Shown here piece after piece: positions 1 through 12,100 of a stretch of 26,872 nt of DNA (positions are counted from its first letter, which is position 1; each line of letters starts with the position of its first letter). The translations under genes and the position numbers were made by a program. The notes under the pieces are model-generated. The model was not told the origin of the DNA, searched no databases, and saw only the letters and a program-made list of their open reading frames with translations. The stretch is from Utricularia gibba. Taxonomy: Eukaryota > Plantae > Magnoliophyta. The DNA lies in the NCBI GenBank assembly GCA_002189035.1, contig NEEC01000237.1, positions 1-26,872 of the forward strand, given 5' to 3'.

Positions 1-202
1 GTGTGTCGTGTGCAACAAGGCTCATCACGGTTTCAAGATATTTACAAAATACGGAATGGTGCACGAGGCCTGCATCAGGTGTGGGTTGGAACACAACCGT
101 GGCATTGTAAGGGTTCGCCTCTAAACAAAAATTTCATACCTTCCAATGAAATCATATGTTTTGAAAGCGAGAAATCCATTCGCGTCGAATCGGAAGTCCG
201 AG

Positions 203-249
203 GTCGCATCATCGCGAACGTCGTGGCCACTTTGTGGCACAATTGAAGG
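203..249 (+). other. Near-invariant 47-bp block of the monomer (first copy shown; present in every monomer)
   Basis: GTCGCATCATCGCGAACGTCGTGGCCACTTTGTGGCACAATTGAAGG shows no substitution that I could find in 79 copies. I saw only five short deletions (monomers at 1705, 4441, 18457, 19143, 20831). Confidence 0.75.
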
Positions 250-3100
250 CTAATATAAGGCAATAATTCGAGCTCTGATACATTGTCGACGACGAAGCTT
301 CAAAAACGGAAGATGACCGCCTGGAATGAGCTTCGAAACGGTGTGTCGTGTGCAACGTGGCTCATCACGGTTTTTCAAGATATTAAAAATACGGAATGGT
401 GCACAGGGCCTGCATCAGGTGTGGGTTGGAACACAACCGTGGCATTGTAAGGGATCGCCTCAAAACAAAAATTTCACACCTTCCAATGAAATGCATATGT
501 TTTGAAGCGAGAAAACCCATTCGCGTCGAATCGGAAGTCCGAGGTCGCATCATCGCGAACGTCGTGGCCACTTTGTGGCACAATTGAAGGCTAATATAAG
601 GCAATAATTCGAGCTCTGATATATTGTCGGACGACGAAGCTTCAAAACGGAAGATGACCGCTCGGAATGAGCTTCGAAACGGTGTGTCGTGTGCAAACGT
701 GGCTCATCACGGTTTTCAAGATATTTAAAATACGGAATGGTGCACGAGGCCTGCATCAGGTGTGGGTTGGAACACACCGTGGCATTGTAAGGGATCGCCT
801 CTAAAACAAAAATTTCATACCTTCCAATGAAATGCATATTTTGAAGCGAGAAAACCATTCGCGTCGAATCGGAAGTCCGAGGTCGCATCATCGCGAACGT
901 CGTGGCCACTTTGTGGCACAATTGAAGGCTAATATAAGGCAATAATTCGAGCTCTGATATATCGTCGAACGACAAAGCTTCAAAACGGAAGATGACCGCC
1001 TCGGAATGAGCTTCGAAACGGTGTGTCGTGTGCAACGTGGCTCATCACGGTTTTCAAGATATCGATAAAATACGGAATGGTGCACGAGGCCTGCATCAGG
1101 TGTGGGTTGGAACACAACCGTGGCATTGTAAGGGATCGCCTCAAAAACAAAATTTCACACCTTCCAATGAAATGCATATCTTTTGCAAGCGAGAAATCAC
1201 ATTTGCGTCGAATTGGAAGCCCCGAGTCGCATCATCGCGAACGTCGTGGCCACTTTGTGGCACAATTGAAGGGTAATATAAGGCAATAATTCGATCTCTG
1301 ATACATCGTCGGACGACGAAGCTTCAAAACGGAAGATGACCGCTCTGGAATGAGCTTCGAAACGGTGTGTCGTGTGCAACAAGGCTCATCACGGTTTTCA
1401 AGATATTTACAAAATACGGAATGGTGCACGAGGCCTGCATCAGGTGTGGGTTGGAACACACCGTGGCATTGTAAGGGATCGCCTCTAAAACGAAAATTTC
1501 ACACCTTCCAATGAAATGCATATGTTTTGAAGCGAGAAATCCATTTGCGTCGAATCGGAAGTCCGAGTCGCATCATCGCGAACGTCGTGGCCACTTTGTG
1601 GCACAATTGAAGGTAATATAAGGCAATAATTCGAGCTCTGATATATTGTCGAACGACGAAGCTTCAAAACGGAAGATGACCGCCCTGGAATGAGCTTCGA
1701 AACGGTGTGTCGTGCGCAACGTGGCTCATCACGGTTTTCAAGATATCGATAAAATACGGAATGGTGCACGAGGCCTTCATCAGGTGTGGGTTGGAACACA
1801 ACCGTGGCATTGTAAGGGATCGCCTCAAAAACGAAAATTTCACACCTTCCAATGAAATGCATATGTTTTGCAAGCGAGAAATCACATTTGCGTCGAATTG
1901 GAAGCCCGAGTCGCATCATCGCGACGTCGTGGCCACTTTGTGGCACAATTGAAGGGTAATATAAGGAAATAATTCGAGCTCTGATATATTGTCGGACGAC
2001 GAAGCTTCAAAAACGGAAGATGACCGCCTGGAATGAGCTTCGAAACGGTGTGTCGTGCGCAACGTGGCTCATCACGGTTTTCAAGATATCGAGAAAATAC
2101 GGAATGGTGCACGAGGCCTGCATCAGGTGTGGGTTGGAACACAACCGTGGCATTGTAAGGGATCGCCTCTAAACAAAAAATTTCATACCTTCCAATGAAA
2201 TCCATATGTTTTTGAAGCGAGAAAACCCATTCGCGTCGAATCGGAAGTCCGAGGTCGCATCATCGCGAACGTCGTGGCCACTTTGTGGCACAATTGAAGG
2301 CTAATATAAGGCAATAATTCGAGCTCTGATATATTGTCGAACGACAAAGCTTGCAAACGGAAGATGACCGCCTCGGAATGAGCTTCGAAACGGTGTGTCG
2401 TGCGAAACGTGGGCTCATCACGGTTTTCAAGATATCGATAAAATACGGAATGGTGCACGAGGCCTGCATCAGGTGTGGGTTGGAACACAACCGTGGCATT
2501 GTAAGGATCGCCTCAAAACGAAAATTTCACACCTTCCAATGAAATCCATATGTTTGAAGCGAGAAATCCCATTCGCGTCGAATCGGAAGTCCGAGGTCGC
2601 ATCATCGCGAACGTCGTGGCCACTTTGTGGCACAATTGAAGGGTAATATAAGGCAATAATTCGAGCTCTGATATATTGTCGGACGACGAAGCTTCAAAAC
2701 GGAAGATGACCGCCCTAATGAGCTTCGAAACGGTGTGTCGTGCGAAACGTGGCTCATCACGGTTTTCAAGATATCGACAAAATACGGAATGGTGCACGAG
2801 GCCTGCATCAGGTGTGGGTTGGAACACAACCGTGGCATTGTAAGGGATCGCCTCTAAAACGAAAATTTCACACCTTCCAATGAAATGCATATGTTTTGCA
2901 AGCGAGAAATCCATTCGCGTCGAATCGGAAGCCCCGAGTCGCATCATCGCGAACGTCGTGGCCACTTTGTGGCACAATTGAAGGGTAATATAAGGCAATA
3001 ATTCGAGCTCTGATATATTGTCGGACGACGAAGCTTCAAAACGGAAGATGACCGCCTGGAATGAGCTTCGAAACGGTGTGTCGTGCGCAACGTGGCTCAT

Positions 3101-3175
3101 CACGGTTTCAAGATATCGAAAAATACGGAATGGTGCACGAGGCCTTCATCAGGTGTGGGTTGGAACACAACCGTG
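3101..3175 (-). ncRNA. Hammerhead-ribozyme-like (type III topology) motif with degenerate stem II; speculative
   Basis: The minus strand reads CACGG-U-U-GUGU-UCCAACCC-ACAC-CUGAUGA-(36 nt)-GAAA-CCGUG. Both core motifs are in the right order, with a 4-bp stem I, a 6-bp stem III and a GUU triplet. Stem II is only A-U/G.U/G-C. The same combination occurs at 13004-13078, 17799-17875 and 19848-19921. Confidence 0.2.
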
Positions 3176-6100
3176 GCATTGTAAGGATCGCCTCAAAAAA
3201 ACGAAAATTTCACACCTTCCAATGAAATCCATATGTTTGAAAGCGAGAAATCCCATTCGCGTCGAATCGGAAGTCCGAGGTCGCATCATCGCGAACGTCG
3301 TGGCCACTTTGTGGCACAATTGAAGGGTAATATAAGGCAATAATTCGAGCTCTGATACATCGTCGGACGACGAAGCTTCAAAAACGGAAGATGACCGCCT
3401 GGAATGAGCTTCGAAACGGTGTGTCGTGCGCAACGTGGCTCATCACGGTTTCAAGATATCGACAAAATACGGAATGGTGCACGAGGCCTGCATCAGGTGT
3501 GGGTTGGAACACAACCGTGGCATTGTAAGGGATCGCCTCAAAACAAAAATTTCACACCTTCCAATGAAATGCATATGTTTTGCAAGCGAGAAATCCATTC
3601 GCGTCGAATCGGAAGTCCAGTCGCATCATCGCGAACGTCGTGGCCACTTTGTGGCACAATTGAAGGCTAATATAAGGCAATAATTCGAGCTCTGATACAT
3701 CGTCGAACGACAAAGCTTCAAAAACGGAAGATGACCGCCTGGAATGAGCTTCGAAACGGTGTGTCGTGCGCAAAAGGCTCATCACGGTTTTCAAGATATC
3801 GACAAAATACGGAATGGTGCACGAGGCCTGCATCAGGTGTGGGTTGGAACACACCGTGGCATTGTAAGGGATCGCCTCAAAAACGAAAATTTCACACCTT
3901 CCAATGAAATCATATGTCTTGAAAGCGAGAAATCCATTCGCGTCGAATCGGAAGTCCGAGGTCGCATCATCGCGAACGTCGTGGCCACTTTGTGGCACAA
4001 TTGAAGGCTAATATAAGGCAATAATTCGAGCTCTGATACATCGTCGGACGACGAAGCTTCCAAAAACGGAAGATGACCGCCTGGAATGAGCTTCGAAACG
4101 GTGTGTCGTGCGCAACGTGGCTCATCACGGTTTTCAAGATATCGACAAAATACGGAATGGTGCACGAGGCCTGCATCAGGTGTGGGTTGGAACACAACGT
4201 GGCATTGTAAGGGATCGCCTCAAAAACAAAAATTTCACACCTTCCAATGAAATGCATATGTTTTGAAGCGAGAAATCACATTCGCGTCGAATCGGAAGTC
4301 CGAGTCGCATCATCGCGAACGTCGTGGCCACTTTGTGGCACAATTGAAGGCTAATATAAGGCAATAATTCGAGCTCTGATATATTGTCGAACGACAAAGC
4401 TTCAAAACGGAAGATGACCCTCGGAATGAGCTTCGAAACGGTGTGTCGTGCGCAACGTGGCTCATCACGGTTTTAAGATATCGACAAAATACGGAATGGT
4501 GCACGAGGCCTGCATCAGGTGTGGGTTGGAACACAACCGTGGCATTGTAAGGGATCGCCTCAAAAACAAAAATTTCACACCTTCCAATGAAATGCATATG
4601 TTTTGAAGCGAGAAATCACATTTGCGTCGAATCGGAAGCCCCGAGTCGCATCATCGCGACGTCGTGGCCACTTTGTGGCACAATTGAAGGGTAATATAAG
4701 GCAATAATTCGATCTCTGATACATCGTCGGACGACGAAGCTTCAAAAACGGAAGATGACCGCTCTGGAATGAGCTTCGAAACGGTGTGTCGTGTGCAACA
4801 AGGCTCATCACGGTTTTCAAGATATATACAAAATACGGAATGGTGCACGAGGCCTGCATCAGGTGTGGGTTGGAACACACCCGTGGCATTGTAAGGGATC
4901 GCCTAAAACGAAAATTTCACACCTTCCAATGAAATCATATGTTTTTGAAGCGAGAAAACATTCGCGTCGAATCGGAAGTCCGAGTCGCATCATCGCGAAC
5001 GTCGTGGCCACTTTGTGGCACAATTGAAGGGTAATATAAGGCATAATTCGAGCTCTGATATATTGTCGGACGACGAAGCTTCAAAAACGGAAGATGACCG
5101 CCCTGGAATGAGCTTCGAAACGGTGTGTCGTGCGCAACGTGGCTCATCACGGTTTCAAGATATCGAAAAATACGGAATGGTGCACGAGGCCTGCATCAGG
5201 TGTGGGTTGGAACACAACCGTGGCATTGTAAGGGATCGCCTCAAAACGAAAATTTCACACCTTCCAATGAAATGCATATGTTTTTGCAAGCGAGAAATCA
5301 CATTTGCGTCGAATTGGAAGTCCGAGTCGCATCATCGCGAACGTCGTGGCCACTTTGTGGCACAATTGAAGGGTAATATAAGGCAATAATTCGAGCTCTG
5401 ATATATTGTCGGACGACGAAGCTTCAAAAACGGAAGATGACCGCCCTGGAATGAGCTTCGAAACGGTGTGTCGTGCAACGTGGCTCATCACGGTTTTCAA
5501 GATATCGAGAAAAATACGGAATGGTGCACGAGGCCTGCATCAGGTGTGGGTTGGAACACAACCGTGGCATTGTAAGGGATCGCCTCAAAAAACGAAAAAT
5601 TTCACACCTTCCAATGAAATGCATATGTTTGAAAAGCGAGAAATCCATTCGCGTCGAATCGGAAGTCCGAGGTCGCATCATCGCGAACGTCGTGGCCACT
5701 TTGTGGCACAATTGAAGGCTAATATAAGGCAATAATTCGAGCTCTGATATATCGTCGGACGACGAAGCTTCAAAAACGGAAGATGACCGCCTGGAATGAG
5801 CTTCGAAACGGTGTGTCGTGTGCAACGTGGCTCATCACGGTTTTCAAGATATCGATAAAATACGGAATGGTGCACGAGGCCTTCATCAGGTGTGGGTTGG
5901 AACACAACCGTGGCATTGTAAGGGTTCGCCTCTAAAAAAAATTTCATACCTTCCAATGAAATCCATATGTTTGAAAGCGAGAAAACCATTCGCGTCGAAT
6001 CGGAAGTCCGAGGTCGCATCATCGCGAACGTCGTGGCCACTTTGTGGCACAATTGAAGGCTAATATAAGGCAATAATTCGAGCTCTGATATATTGTCGGA

Positions 6101-9100
6101 CGACAAAGCTTTCAAAACGGAAGATGACCGCCTCGGAATGAGCTTCGAAACGGTGTGTCGTGCAAACGTGGCTCATCACGGTTTTCAAGATATCGATAAA
6201 ATACGGAATGGTGCACGAGGCCTGCATCAGGTGTGGGTTGGAACACACACGTGCATTGTAAGGGATCGCCTCAAAAACAAAAATTTCACACCTTCCAATG
6301 AAATGCATATGTTTTGCAAGCGAGAAATCCCATTCGCGTCGAATCGGAAGTCCCGAGTCGCATCATCGCGAACGTCGTGGCCACTTTGTGGCACAATTGA
6401 AGGCTAATATAAGGCAATAATTCGAGCTCTGATATATTGTCGAACGACAAAGCTTCAAAACGGAAGATGACCGCCTCGGAATGAGCTTCGAAACGGTGTG
6501 TCGTGCGCAACGTGGCTCATCACGGTTTTCAAGATATCGACAAAATACGGAATGGTGCACGAGGCCTGCATCAGGTGTGGGTTGGAACACACCGTGGCAT
6601 TGTAAGGGATCGCCTCAAAACGAAAATTTCACACCTTCCAATGAAATGCATATGTTTTGAAAGCGAGAAATCCCATTCGCGTCGAATCGGAAGTCCGAGG
6701 TCGCATCATCGCGAACGTCGTGGCCACTTTGTGGCACAATTGAAGGCTAATATAAGGCAATAATTCGAGCTCTGATACATCGTCGGACGACGAAGCTTCA
6801 AAAACGGAAGATGACCGCCCCTGGAATGAGCTTCGAAACGGTGTGTCGTGCGCAACGTGGCTCATCACGGTTTCAAGATATCGAGAAAAATACGGAATGG
6901 TGCACGAGGCCTTCATCAGGTGTGGGTTGGAACACACCGTGGCATTGTAAGGGATCGCCTCAAAAACAAAAATTTCACACCTTCCAATGAAATCCATATG
7001 TTTTGAAGCGAGAAATCCATTCGCGTCGAATCGGAAGTCCGAGGTCGCATCATCGCGAACGTCGTGGCCACTTTGTGGCACAATTGAAGGCTAATATAAG
7101 GCAATAATTCGAGCTCTGATACATCGTCGGACGACGAAGCTTCAAAAACGGAAGATGACCGCCTGGAATGAGCTTCGAAACGGTGTGTCGTGCGCAAAGG
7201 CTCATCACGGTTTTCAAGATATCGAAAAAAATACGGAATGGTGCACGAGGCCTGCATCAGGTGTGGGTTGGAACACAACCGTGGCATTGTAAGGGTTCGC
7301 CTCTAAACAAAAATTTCACACCTTCCAATGAAATGCATATGTTTTGAAAGCGAGAAATCCATTCGCGTCGAATCGGAAGTCCGAGGTCGCATCATCGCGA
7401 ACGTCGTGGCCACTTTGTGGCACAATTGAAGGAATATAAGGCAATAATTCGAGCTCTGATACATCGTCGGACGACGAAGCTTCAAAAACGGAAGATGACC
7501 GCCTGGAATGAGCTTCGAAACGGTGTGTCGTGCGCAACGTGGCTCATCACGGTTTTCAAGATATCGACAAAATACGGAATGGTGCACGAGGCCTTCATCA
7601 GGTGTGGGTTGGAACACACCGTGGCATTGTAAGGGATCGCCTCAAAAACGAAAATTTCACACCTTCCAATGAAATCCATATGTCTTGAAAGCGAGAAATC
7701 CATTCGCGTCGAATCGGAAGTCCAGGTCGCATCATCGCGAACGTCGTGGCCACTTTGTGGCACAATTGAAGGGTAATATAAGGCAATAATTCGAGCTCTG
7801 ATATCGTCGGACGACGAAGCTTCAAAACGGAAGATGACCGCCTCGGAATGAGCTTCGAAACGGTGTGTCGTGCGAACGTGGCTCATCACGGTTTTCAAGA
7901 TATCGACAAAATACGGAATGGTGCACGAGGCCTGCATCAGGTGTGGGTTGGAACACACCGTGGCATTGTAAGGGATCGCCTCTAAAACGAAAATTTCACA
8001 CCTTCCAATGAAATCCATATGTTTTGAAAGCGAGAAATCCCATTCGCGTCGAATCGGAAGTCCCGAGTCGCATCATCGCGAACGTCGTGGCCACTTTGTG
8101 GCACAATTGAAGGCTAATATAAGGCAATAATTCGAGCTCTGATACATCGTCGAACGACAAAGCTTCAAAACGGAAGATGACCGCCTCGGAATGAGCTTCG
8201 AAACGGTGTGTCGTGCGCAACGTGGCTCATCACGGTTTTCAAGATATCGACAAAATACGGAATGGTGCACGAGGCCTTCATCAGGTGTGGGTTGGAACAC
8301 ACCATGGCATTGTAAGGATCGCCAAAAACGAAAATTTCACACCTTCCAATGAAATCCATATGTTTGAAAGCGAGAAATCCCATTCGCGTCGAATGGAAGT
8401 CCGAGGTCGCATCATCGCGAACGTCGTGGCCACTTTGTGGCACAATTGAAGGTAATATAAGGCAATAATTCGAGCTCTGATATATTGTCGGACGACGAAG
8501 CTTTCAAAACGGAAGATGACCGCCCGAATGAGCTTCGAAACGGTGTGTCGTGCGAAACGTGGCTCATCACGGTTTTCAAGATATCGACAAAATACGGAAT
8601 GGTGCACGAGGCCTGCATCAGGTGTGGGTTGGAACACAACCGTGGCATTGTAAGGGATCGCCTCTAAAACGAAAATTTCACACCTTCCAATGAAATGCAT
8701 ATGTTTTGCAAGCGAGAAATCACATTTGCGTCGAATTGGAAGCCCGAGTCGCATCATCGCGAACGTCGTGGCCACTTTGTGGCACAATTGAAGGGTAATA
8801 TAAGGCAATAATTCGAGCTCTGATATATTGTCGGACGACGAAGCTTCAAAAACGGAAGATGACCGCCCTGGAATGAGCTTCGAAACGGTGTGTCGTGCGC
8901 AACGTGGCTCATCACGGTTTTCAAGATATCGAAAAATACGGAATGGTGCACGAGGCCTGCATCAGGTGTGGGTTGGAACACAACCGTGGCATTGTAAGGG
9001 ATCGCCTCTAAAACGAAAATTTCACACCTTCCAATGAAATGCATGTGTTTGCAAGCGAGAAATCACATTTGCGTCGAATTGGAAGCCCCGAGTCGCATCA

Positions 9101-12100
9101 TCGCGAACGTCGTGGCCACTTTGTGGCACAATTGAAGGCTAATATAAGGCAATAATTCGAGCTCTGATATATTGTCGACGACAAAGCTTCAAAACGGAAG
9201 ATGACCGCCTGGAATGAGCTTCGAAACGGTGTGTCGTGCGAAACGTGGCTCATCACGGTTTTCAAGATATCGATAAAATACGGAATGGTGCACGAGGCCT
9301 GCATCAGGTGTGGGTTGGAACACACCGTGGCATTGTAAGGGATCGCCTCAAAACGAAAATTTCACACCTTCCAATGAAATGCATATGTTTTGCAAGCGAG
9401 AAATACATTCGCGTCGAATCGGAAGTCCCAGTCGCATCATCGCGAACGTCGTGGCCACTTTGTGGCACAATTGAAGGCTAATATAAGGCAATAATTCGAG
9501 CTCTGATACATCGTCGAACGACAAAGCTTCAAAACGGAAGATGACCGCCGGAATGAGCTTCGAAACGGTGTGTCGTGCGCAACGCGGCTCATCACGGTTT
9601 TTAAGATATCGACAAAATACGGAATGGTGCACGAGGCCTTCATCAGGTGTGGGTTGGAACACACCGTGGCATTGTAAGGATCGCCTCAAAAACGAAAATT
9701 TCACACCTTCCAATGAAATCCATATGTCTTGAAAGCGAGAAATCCCATTCGCGTCGAATCGGAAGTCCGAGGTCGCATCATCGCGAACGTCGTGGCCACT
9801 TTGTGGCACAATTGAAGGGTAATATAAGGCAATAATTCGAGCTCTGATATATTGTCGAACGACGAAGCTTCAAAACGGAAGATGACCGCCTCGGAATGAG
9901 CTTCGAAACGGTGTGTCGTGTGAAACGTGGCTCATCACGGTTTTCAAGATATCGATAAAATACGGAATGGTGCACGAGGCCTCATCAGGTGTGGGTTGGA
10001 ACACAACCGTGGCATTGTAAGGGATCGCCTCTAAAACGAAAATTTCACACCTTCCAATGAAATGCATATGTTTTGCAAGCGAGAAATCACATTTGCGTCG
10101 AATTGGAAGCCCCGAGTCGCATCATCGCGAACGTCGTGGCCACTTTGTGGCACAATTGAAGGCTAATATAAGGCAATAATTCGATCTCTGATAATCGTCG
10201 GACGACGAAGCTTCAAAAACGGAAGATGACCGCCTGGAATGAGCTTCGAAACGGTGTGTCGTGTGCAACAAGGCTCATCACGGTTTTCAAGATATCGACA
10301 AAATACGGAATGGTGCACGAGGCCTGCATCAGGTGTGGGTTGGAACACAACCGTGGCATTGTAAGGGTTCGCCTCTAAAACAAAAATTTCATACCTTCCA
10401 ATGAAATGCATATGTTTTGAAAGCGAGAAATCCAATTCGCGTCGAATCGGAAGTCCGAGGTCGCATCATCGCGAACGTCGTGGCCACTTTGTGGCACAAT
10501 TGAAGGCTAATATAAGGCAATAATTCGAGCTCTGATACATCGTCGGACGACGAAGCTTCAAAAACGGAAGATGACCGCCTGGAATGAGCTTCGAAACGGT
10601 GTGTCGTGTGCAACAAGGCTCATCACGGTTTTCAAGATATCAAAATACGGAATGGTGCACGGGCCTGCATCAGGTGTGGGTTGGAACACAACCGTGGCAT
10701 TGTAAGGGATCGCCTCTAAAACAAAAATTTCACACCTTCCAATGAAATCCATATGTTTGAAGCGAGAAATCCCATTCGCGTCGAATCGGAAGTCCGAGGT
10801 CGCATCATCGCGAACGTCGTGGCCACTTTGTGGCACAATTGAAGGCTAATATAAGGCAATAATTCGAGCTCTGATATATTGTCGAACGACAAAGCTTCAA
10901 AACGGAAGATGACCGCCTGGAATGAGCTTCGAAACGGTGTGTCGTGCGAAACGTGGCTCATCACGGTTTTCAAGATATCGATAAAATACGGAATGGTGCA
11001 CGAGGCCTGCATCAGGTGTGGGTTGGAACACACCGTGCATTGTAAGGGATCGCCTCTAAAACGAAAAATTTCACACCTTCCAATGAAATGCATATTTTGA
11101 AGCGAGAAATCCATTCGCGTCGAATCGGAAGTCCGAGTCGCATCATCGCGAACGTCGTGGCCACTTTGTGGCACAATTGAAGGCTAATATAAGGCAATAA
11201 TTCGAGCTCTGATATATTGTCGAACGACAAAGCTTCAAAACGGAAGATGACCGCCTCGGAATGAGCTTCGAAACGGTGTGTCGTGCGAAACGTGGCTCAT
11301 CACGGTTTTCAAGATATCGATAAAATACGGAATGGTGCACGAGGCCTGCATCAGGTGTGGGTTGGAACACACCGTGCATTGTAAGGGATCGCCTCTAAAA
11401 CGAAAATTTCACACCTTCCAATGAAATGCATATGTTTTGCAAGCGAGAAATCATTCGCGTCGAATCGGAAGTCCGAGTCGCATCATCGCGAACGTCGTGG
11501 CCACTTTGTGGCACAATTGAAGGCTAATATAAGGCAATAATTCGAGCTCTGATACATCGTCGAACGACAAAGCTTCAAAACGGAAGATGACCGCCTCGGA
11601 ATGAGCTTCGAAACGGTGTGTCGTGCGCAACGCGGCTCATCACGTTTTCAAGATATCGACAAAATACGGAATGGTGCACGAGGCCTTCATCAGGTGTGGG
11701 TTGGAACACACCCGTGGCATTGTAAGGATCGCCAAAAACGAAAATTTCACACCTTCCAATGAAATCCATATGTCTTGAAAGCGAGAAATCCCATTCGCGT
11801 CGAATCGGAAGTCCGAGGTCGCATCATCGCGAACGTCGTGGCCACTTTGTGGCACAATTGAAGGGTAATATAAGGCAATAATTCGAGCTCTGATACATCG
11901 TCGGACGACGAAGCTTCAAAACGGAAGATGACCGCCCTGGAATGAGCTTCGAAACGGTGTGTCGTGCAACGTGGCTCATCACGGTTTTCAAGATATCGAC
12001 AAAATACGGAATGGTGCACGAGGCCTGCATCAGGTGTGGGTTGGAACACAACGTGCATTGTAAGGGATCGCCTCAAAAACAAAAATTTCACACCTTCCAA

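Noticed and set aside
121-180. Helically phased A/T tracts implying DNA curvature
   Set aside because: Only four or five short tracts are roughly 10-13 bp apart and one expected position is missing; this is too weak to claim without a curvature calculation.
178-196. CENP-B-box-like TTCG...CGG motif (ATTCGCGTCGAATCGGAA)
   Set aside because: The spacing is one base too long, and the required A and CGGG positions of NTTCGNNNNANNCGGGN are not met.
275-345. Plus-strand hammerhead-like words CTGATA ... CGAAAC ... GTC
   Set aside because: CUGANGA is not satisfied (CTGATAT or CTGATAC) and no flanking stems were found.
1-345. 5S rDNA, tRNA-derived or telomeric repeat origin
   Set aside because: No 5S coding sequence, cloverleaf, convincing Pol III A/B box or telomeric motif is present in the monomer.
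1-345. Exact half-monomer (~171-173 bp) periodicity or alpha-satellite dimer
   Set aside because: The two halves do not align at a ~173-bp offset (the internal anchors sit at ~135 and ~184 bp), and alphoid signature sequences are absent.
2513-3103. A minus-strand frame that can stay open across a whole monomer (114-115 aa unit, AVIFRFEASSSDNISELELLPY...RHTVSKLI), which would allow a long repetitive protein from 345-bp variants
   Set aside because: It depends on choosing particular indel alleles; the common ATCCC/ATCAC forms shift the frame into a stop. The common substitutions are non-synonymous in this frame (S/T, DNI/DDV, A/E, H/D, L/F), so there is no sign of coding constraint.
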